From Aplysia californica (taxonomy: Eukaryota), in NCBI RefSeq assembly GCF_000002075.1, contig NW_004797973.1, forward strand, positions 278,273 to 342,272: a DNA stretch of 64,000 bases, read 5' to 3'. The position numbers and the translations under genes were made by a program. The notes below the pieces were generated by a model. It saw only the letters and a list, made by a program, of their open reading frames with translations. It was not told the DNA's origin and ran no database searches. Of the stretch, positions 56,541 to 64,000 are shown one piece after another (position 1 is the first letter of the stretch; every line of letters begins with the position of its first letter).

Positions 56541-59500
56541 CTGTATAAAATGGTATATTTGGCGTACGCATTCAATCTTTGAAAAGAAAAGAGGAAATAA
56601 ACCATAGTAGCTGTCACCAACAGTGAACAGTGAGACCGCTAACACAAACAACATCAGTGGCTATCGTGATCAGTCTGTCATCAGTCAGTGATCCGCCAGT
56701 TTCACACAATCACCACGTCCCACACTACTATCGGGGATGAACTGAAAAATCTAACAACCCCCCTACCCCACCTCACCCTGATTGTTGCGGCCACTCTTGC
56801 AGCATTGGATGACACGGAGGGTGTAAACCGGGTTACAATTGGCTGAACCTTTGACCCTTGTATTATTAAGCAGGCTTTTAATTTTAAGGCAGGTACTCTG
56901 GGAATTCCCGGTTTCGGTCTCACGCCTTTGACCGCCTTTTCACTTCTCGCTGGGGGTTGGAGCGCTTTTAGAAGAAGAAAACAAAGAACAAGAAGAAGAA
57001 GAAGGAGGATGAGGTCGAGGAGGAGTAGATATATATGTAATACGGAGGAGAAGTTCATCAAGAAGAAGAAGTAGGAGGAGGAGGAGAACAAGAAGAAGAT
57101 AAAGTACTAGAGTAATCGTACCGGGTCGGGCAGCACGTTTTTTTCTAGCTGTCGGGCACTGGAGTACAAAAAGATCGTTAAAAACTTTGTTTTTAAATCT
57201 AGCCCCAAAAGAGTGGCACACAAACTAGCAATGCCAATGAAAATTTAAATTTTCACTTTTGCCCCCTTTTTTTTGGTACCTAATAAGAAAGAATTTTCAA
57301 TTCTGATAATCATGCTTCTTGAATTTTGAGAAACGGTTCATAAATAAAAAAGTTATGGGGTTGTAAAGGTCGGCAAAATATGGATGACCCACATATAGGA
57401 AAATGCTCCTAAAAAGTGGACCACGCAGTAGCAGATTCTGTAAGAAAATCGACGATATCTCGGTAACTAATCCAGATGTTGGAGAGAAACTTGGCTACCC
57501 GATGTGTTTTTGAGTGTAGAAATCATTTCTGTTGTCAGATTTACTACCAATTTCGTAGTTATTTTGTTATAATTGAAATTGTGGTGTACATATTACGATT
57601 TTGCGAAAAAGGGGTGTCGGGATGAGTCCATTTTATTTATAGCATCGTATCACAACATGGGATCTTTAAGAATATATGTCGGCAGCGTGACTAAATAATT
57701 GCAAAGCTTTTTATGATGACTTTAGACCATGCCGACCGTAAAAGATAAGTTAATTCAATCTAGCATGCCATACAATTAAAAATTCTTTTTCCCCGTTGAG
57801 ACGCGAACACCCCGAGACGAGATAACCTCGCCTCGGAATACCCCCATTGCGATGTTACAGGGGAATAGAGAGAAAAACAACCGGATGCGCGCGCCCGCCA
57901 TTGCCCTATTTCAAGTGACCAATGAACGGGCCCGGAATAGTCATGCGGGGATTTGTAGGTCACAGACATTTGCCACGGGAGTGAGGGGAAAATGGCCGGT
58001 CTCCGTGCGAAGCCGCTTTGGATAGGGGGGTAGTCGTAGATTTACGATCGGGTCTAAACAACTACTTGACACAGAACTCTCAAATTTGAGCACACTATAG
58101 AGGATAGATAGATCTATTACCATCTGGGCGTTGAAATTCAAACTCCTTATAGTTTTCGGTGTACACGATACGAAAGTGTTCCCGACACCAAAAGTATAGG
58201 TTAATTTATGTGTACGAACTTCAACGTCCACATATCATTAGTTTGCCCTATTTTCTGATTGGTAGCCCAGTTTCATTCGGATTGGTTCGGAAATAGAGCA
58301 GACCGAGGTTGACAAAGTTAGTCACCTACGCTTCGGCCGGGTCCGCAAAATCGCCCGTAAACGGGGACCAAATTTTCACCTCGCGGGAAAGCCCGATTGG
58401 CATTGCTACACAAACCTAAAGCAACCTCCCTTACTTTCGTTGAAACAACAGTTACGGCGATATTTTGCTAAAAATTAAAATAGTCCTTTACTCTTATCCT
58501 GCGTCTGTGCCCAGATGCGTATCTTATCAGCAACCGACTACGTCGGACGTGCCGGGCAGGCCGCCGGGGTCACTCAGTGTGTACTGTTGGTGTACAGCGG
58601 GCGCGCCGGGAAACGTGTGTTTTCGCCATGAATACCACGGGAGTGTGTGTTAACTGATGATGAAAATAACGCTCTATCCTTCATAGTATAGCTTTCTATT
58701 TATAAAGTGTTACAAACATGAATAACCCCCTCTCACAAGCTGATAAGACATTACGAGTAGTTACGCCCATTTAAATAACCTTTCTTGACGCTCTTGTTTA
58801 TGAATGACCTGAAGTTCGAAAGGGGATAATTTCTTAGGTCAATTTCCGAATGTTTTACACTCAAATTGTTCTTTGTACCTGCACAAGGGTATTCAAAACT
58901 ATCAAACAAGAAGCTCCTTTTTTATCAGGTAGTATCATTTCATACAAAATCAAGCTCATTTGAAATATTTTGTATAGAAAAATGGAAGTCTTGTTTCCTG
59001 ACTATCCTTTCGAGCTCCTCATGTCTAAGTGGGTCAATTTTTTCTATAATTTCATTGGACGAACATCTAGAGCTATCAACTTGGCATGTTTTGAATGAGA
59101 CGTATGCCTCGATTACGAACCAACGCAGGTGGTTCTAGAAGACGGCCACAAACGCACAAAAACTCAAGCAGACTGACGCACACACACTTGACCTGCGTGA
59201 ATGGGGATCCGACTCGGGACCCGAATGACACGTAAGATGATGCGCGTGCGCTGAGCCAGGAGCTACACTGACTCGGGACCAGAACGCAGGCGAGGTGCCG
59301 AAATAGGCTTATCGGGCTACATAAACCCGGCTCCCGCAGGATGAGGGTTAAGACAGCTTTTTCTTCATCAACTGAGCAAAACAGCGTGAAGCTGTTTCCC
59401 TGGAAGAGTTAACATTGTGGTTGTGGATGAAGGAGCTTGTGGCCTAGATTCTACGTTTTGGTAAACTCTGAAAGCTGGAGAATTATTTGCATATGAGGCC

Positions 59501-60731
59501 CCATCAAGGATGAAAGAGAATTTGCAGTTCAGCCTCGCCATTTTTGCCGAAAGGGGGGGGTGCCCGGATTGTAACATAAAATCCGTAGTTTCTCATCCTT
59601 CGGCCACATAAGATAATATAGTGCCAATGGTTATATCATAATAAAAGAATCAAGAATTTGTGCATAATTTAAATAAGAGTAGAGTCAGATACAGCATATT
59701 AGCTCAGTCAGACACTAGGGTAGTAGAGTCAAGATACCAGTGTGTAATACAGTCGGATATCAGTATAGCAGAGTCAGATTCCAGTGTAGTTGAGTGAGCC
59801 AGATGCCAGTGTAGTAGAGTCAGATACCACGTAGTAGAGTGGGTCAGATATTCATTAAAATAGCTATAAATGGTGAAAACCACTTTAGACAAACTATCAT
59901 TGTGTCCAAGGGAATGGTTTGCTTTCTTCATCTTGATCAGTCCTGCCTAAAACGGCCACCTGTCTTAGAGCCACTTTTCTCCTTGACAATGGGTGGCCGT
60001 CTTACACAGGTTCAGCTGTAATTGATTTGCAACTCTATTAGTATCATGTGTAATCTGCTGCAAAAAATACTTTTTTGACTCCCAAAGCAGTGCATCTGTG
60101 CGGCAGTAAAAGTAAAAATTTACCCCAAGGCTGAGGACTTATATAAATCGCTCTTCTTTTTACTTCTACTACGCTACTTAAACTTTAGATTTAGATTTAG
60201 ACACTTGTGACATGTTTTTATAAAAGCTTTCATCTAGATCAAGTCAAGTGTGCCGATAAGTGATAATCCATGAATGAATATATATATGTCTTGTGTATTA
60301 TATGTATACATGTGTGCTTTTGTATTTCTGTTAGTTGAACCTGAAGACTCCTTTAAATGATTGGGGAGGAGTTACTGTTAAGAATCACAGTACAGGACTA
60401 AGACTTCTTTGTAATAAATAGGGCTCTACTTTAGTTTGAAATTGCAATTCGGTTTAAAAGTGTTCTTGGGTACAGTTGAAATTGTCTAAGACAGTCAGCT
60501 CCCCATTGTCGAGCAGAAAAGTGGTCGTCTTAGACAGGTGGCCGCCTTGTACTGTGTCATTTTAACAAGACAAAGGGGTAAAGGAAGTATCTATTTGTAG
60601 TCTGTACGCAGGTGATGATCTTACATAAAGGTTCCCGTTTGTAGAGCCGGTTTGACTAATTATTTTACATCATTTTGTGTAAAAGTGTATAGGGTTCATA
60701 TTCTTAGCTTAGTTTCTTTCAGACTCATGTT

Positions 60732-60789
<58 letters not shown>

Positions 60790-61392
60790 TCTGTCTTTGT
60801 ATATATATCCAGTCTTGTCATTGTCTCTGTAACCACTGGAATAAGGCTAATTAAATATACAGCGCTTTAAATTCTAGCCTTAGGGCACTGTATTTTCAGA
60901 AGACAACTCGGTGTAGTTTTGTTTTTCTAAGATTATATTGGCTGAAGATGATGATGTTTGACCACAATGGCTTTTTAGACCTTGTATTTGTTTTGTTTTT
61001 ATGTTAAATTGTTTTTTTAGGAGACGGGGGGCTATTTGAAAAAAGAGGGAGGTGGGGGTGGAAGAGGTGGGAAGGGTTACTTTCTGATTAGACTTCAATT
61101 TGAACAAACTCTTTTAACTGTCCCCAGGGTTTTATGCATCCCGCATAATATTTAGCAGAATTTGATCATTTTTTGCCTAATTTCTGATTATTTTCCTTTA
61201 TCATTTTTTGTTAAAATTAACAGTACAGAATCGCATAATTTCACATTTTGGGCTCAGGTTGCCTAATTTCAGATTTTTTTTTTGCATAACACTGCGGGGA
61301 CAGTTTTAAACTAGAGAGAAAACAAAATTAACTTAACTTTTTCTTTTCCTACACTTTTTTTTTTTTCTTAATAAGTGCAGTGAAAGAGAACC

Positions 61393-61511
61393 ATGACGGA
61401 CCATGTGGAGCCCCATGAGGCTCTCATGGCGTGGGCCCGAGATGAGATGAAGTTCTACGCGTCTACCTCCAGTGGTACCCGCACTCTACCTGTGGAACAG
61501 GACTTCAAGGA
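61393..61511 (+). CDS. HAUS5: HAUS5 first coding exon
   Basis: Acceptor after a long pyrimidine tract at 61379-61380, accATG, donor GA|GTATGT. Confidence 0.85.
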
Positions 61512-63348
61512 GTATGTTGTTGTTTCTTCTCTTTTACAATCCTTCTTTTTGATTGTATGGATTAGGAAATGTATTATTTGGGCTTTATNNNNNNNNNNNN
61601 NNNNNNNNNNNNNNNNNNNNNNNNNNNNNNNNNNNNNNNNNNNNNNNNNNNNNNNNNNNNNNNNNNNNNNNNNNNNNNNNNNNNNNNNNNNNNNNNNNNN
61701 NNNNNNNNNNNNNNNNNNNNNNNNNNNNNNNNNNNNNNNNNNNNNNNNNNNNNNNNNNNNNNNNNNNNNNNNNNNNNNNNNNNNNNNNNNNNNNNNNNNN
61801 NNNNNNNNNNNNNNATAAAATCCTAGGCCTGCGTTTATACAAATATTTTTTTTGCCCATCGAAGAACCTCAATCAGATTTGCATAAAATCTTTCTTTTTT
61901 TTCTTCAATTCTGTTTCCACCAGTTGTATGCAACTTTTGGTAAATGGTGTGAAGGTACACAGTTTTATTTGCAATTACTTGCACGACTTATTGTGAAAGT
62001 AGCATGCTTATAATATAAATCTGCAATATTTGCACAACTTTTTGTAAAAGGCATGAAAATATACACAATTTTATTTGTGTTTATGTGCATGGTTGGTTCG
62101 TGGTGTAATCTACGGGGGGTACTGGAGACTCAGATTTCTTCCATCAAACTGTGATTTTTAGCAAAGAATCAGAAAACAAACTTCCTATTTTTTGGTCATG
62201 GAGTGGATTGCAGGTTTCGTGTAAAATCAAGTGCTCAATAATGTTCTGCCAAAGAAGACTAAGAGCTCTCTTTGTAAGCATTATCCCTTGTTTGCTACTT
62301 TTTTTTTCCCAATCAAAATTAAGTTGTTTAGAATAGTTTTTAAAAGTGTTAACCCTATCCTTACGTCCTGGGGTCATTTTGTACCCCCGGGGTTGTATTC
62401 TTCACATTTTAGAATACTTTTAGTGTGAAGATCTGTTTTTAAACTTTCAGTATTTCTTTAAAAAATCATTTTGACAGTCTGCTATGCAAAGCGTACGGAT
62501 CCAATTAACGAGTAAATTTCCTCTTTGGAAAGTGGTGGCACAGAGTTCCCCACGTCGTATGGATACGATACTAAAACACAACGTACAGGCAGGGTTGACA
62601 AAAAGTCTTCAAAATTCTTTTATCATATATACAGTAGTTTTAAAGGGAGATACTAAAACTCGATGCTAATTTCAATAGTATTGCTTTAATATTATTGAAA
62701 TGTTGTAGTTGATTAATGATCTAGGTTGGCCTACTCTTTTTTTTTTTTTAAATATATGTTGAACAGGATGGGATGATGCTGCAGAGTTCCTTTTATGAAA
62801 ATGTATAAATATTTTCCCATGTGTTTTCAGGTTGTTCAAAGGGCCCCTCTCTGACATGTGGTTGTATGTTCTGAAACACGTACGGTCAGTTCAGTGAGTA
62901 TTTTCAAACATTTTACTTTCTTTTTAGTTTTGTACTGCAGGCTTGGGCACTGATTCTTTGTTTAAGAACTTGAATAATTCTGTGCCTTAAGTCGAAAAAA
63001 TTCCCAAGTTTTAAGTTTCGTAAGCTTTAAAAAGGATGTACTAAAGATTGGATTTTTGAGAATCATTTCTAAAAAAGTTGAAAAGTGACTCGTGGGTATG
63101 CATGTTGTTTTTTTTAAACATTCAATGAAGAGAAAATTTCTAGATTGCTGTCTAATAATAGATTTGTATAAACACAAATTCCTGCTCAGCAGTAAGCTTT
63201 ATCTCCCATAGTATTTTCTCTTCACTCTATTTTTGTCGTTCATTATAGTATGATCTTACAAGAAATGATGCTAGATTTTTGTTTTATGCACATTTGCTTT
63301 TTTTGTTTGTTTCAGAACGGTCAAGAAAATTCGAGGAAACTTAGCTGT
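61393..63348 (+). CDS. HAUS5: HAUS augmin-like complex subunit 5, 5' part; join(61393-61511, 62831-62893, 63316-63348, continues beyond window)
   Basis: Spliced peptide MTDHVEPHEALMAWARDEMKF...QDFKE|LFKGPLSDMWLYVLKHVRSVQ|TVKKIRGNLA. It matches my recollection of the HAUS5 N-terminus (WAxEEM...LCxGxxxxIWxYxxxHVxSQRTVKKIRGNL). All junctions are phase 2. Confidence 0.85.
62831..62893 (+). CDS. HAUS5: HAUS5 second coding exon
   Basis: ttttcAG acceptor, GTGAGT donor, 63 nt. Confidence 0.85.
63316..63348 (+). CDS. HAUS5: HAUS5 third coding exon (33 nt), followed by a U12-type donor
   Basis: TVKKIRGNLA followed by GTATCCTTTT at 63349. Confidence 0.8.
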
Positions 63349-63461
63349 GTATCCTTTTCCCCTTGTTGTGAAGCTTTCACTCATGGAGAGGCTTGCTCTG
63401 CTTCAGGTCATGTGGTCTTTACCTTTGTTTCAGATTTGTATTTCAGTGTTCAGATAAAAAA

Positions 63462-63955
63462 GGGCTATGGTTAAGGTGTTCGCCTCTCATTCAATAGGTC
63501 CCAGGTTTGAATCCGGAAAGCGACGGAGAGTTTTCTTCTCTAAAATTTGCTACTTTCACCTCCTTTCCTGCTCTCTAACAATGTTCTGTCGTCTGCGTTT
63601 GTCTCCACTTTCTACCTCCACTTTCTACCTCCACCCCCTCACCTCCTTTTCCCCCTTATTTGGGCTCCTGACTCTTTCTGCAACCTTTCTATTGCTATTC
63701 TCTGGCTCCTTCTTACTGCTGTATTTCAGCCTCACCCCTGATCTTATGATAGGTAAGATCTAACATCTAGTCTAGCCTTCTCGGATAAGGGCGAAAAATC
63801 TTGAAGGTTCGGTGTGCAAGTTGCGCGCGTTGAAGATCTCTCGGTGGTCCAGAATCGGTAAGAGTAGGCTTCAGCTGCAAGCTGGGCAAAAATTCCAAAT
63901 TACCGGCCCGCTCATATCTTCTGGCGCTCATATGACTTTATGCAGTTGCGAGCAC
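63462..63955 (+). mobile_element. Meta/MESC-type tRNA-derived SINE
   Basis: Homolog of the 36633 copy, inside the HAUS5 U12-type intron. Confidence 0.8.
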
Positions 63956-64000
63956 AGCACGGCCCCCCCCCGATACACTGCTTCACCCAGTAACATGTGC

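Overview
Animal nuclear DNA (intron-rich, about 40% GC, four N gaps). The SINE types and the abundant TAGATCTA motifs suggest a gastropod mollusc, which is an inference. Four spliced protein-coding genes could be rebuilt by hand with consistent splice phases, arranged as two head-to-head pairs. (1) A ~1260-aa multi-C2H2 zinc-finger gene (minus, 7805-15045, 3 coding exons). (2) MRPL46 (plus, 21721-38356, 5 exons, 275 aa). (3) RPAP3 (minus, 40054-55666, 10 exons, 570 aa, apparently a single TPR cluster). (4) The 5' part of HAUS5 (plus, from 61393, running off the window), whose third coding exon is followed by a U12-type GTATCCTT donor. Introns and intergenic DNA are dense with TEs: RTE-, L2- and I-group LINE fragments, Meta/MESC-type and CORE-type tRNA-SINEs, a headless ~170-bp retroposon family, several MITE families and TE-derived minisatellites. 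The most unusual structures are a palindrome-built, 9-bp-TSD Mutator/Foldback-like element present both empty (133 bp) and carrying 3.2 kb inside a palindrome centre, the minor-spliceosome intron, and clusters of TAGATCTA palindromes flanking the promoters. No prokaryotic-type system (CRISPR etc.) is present.
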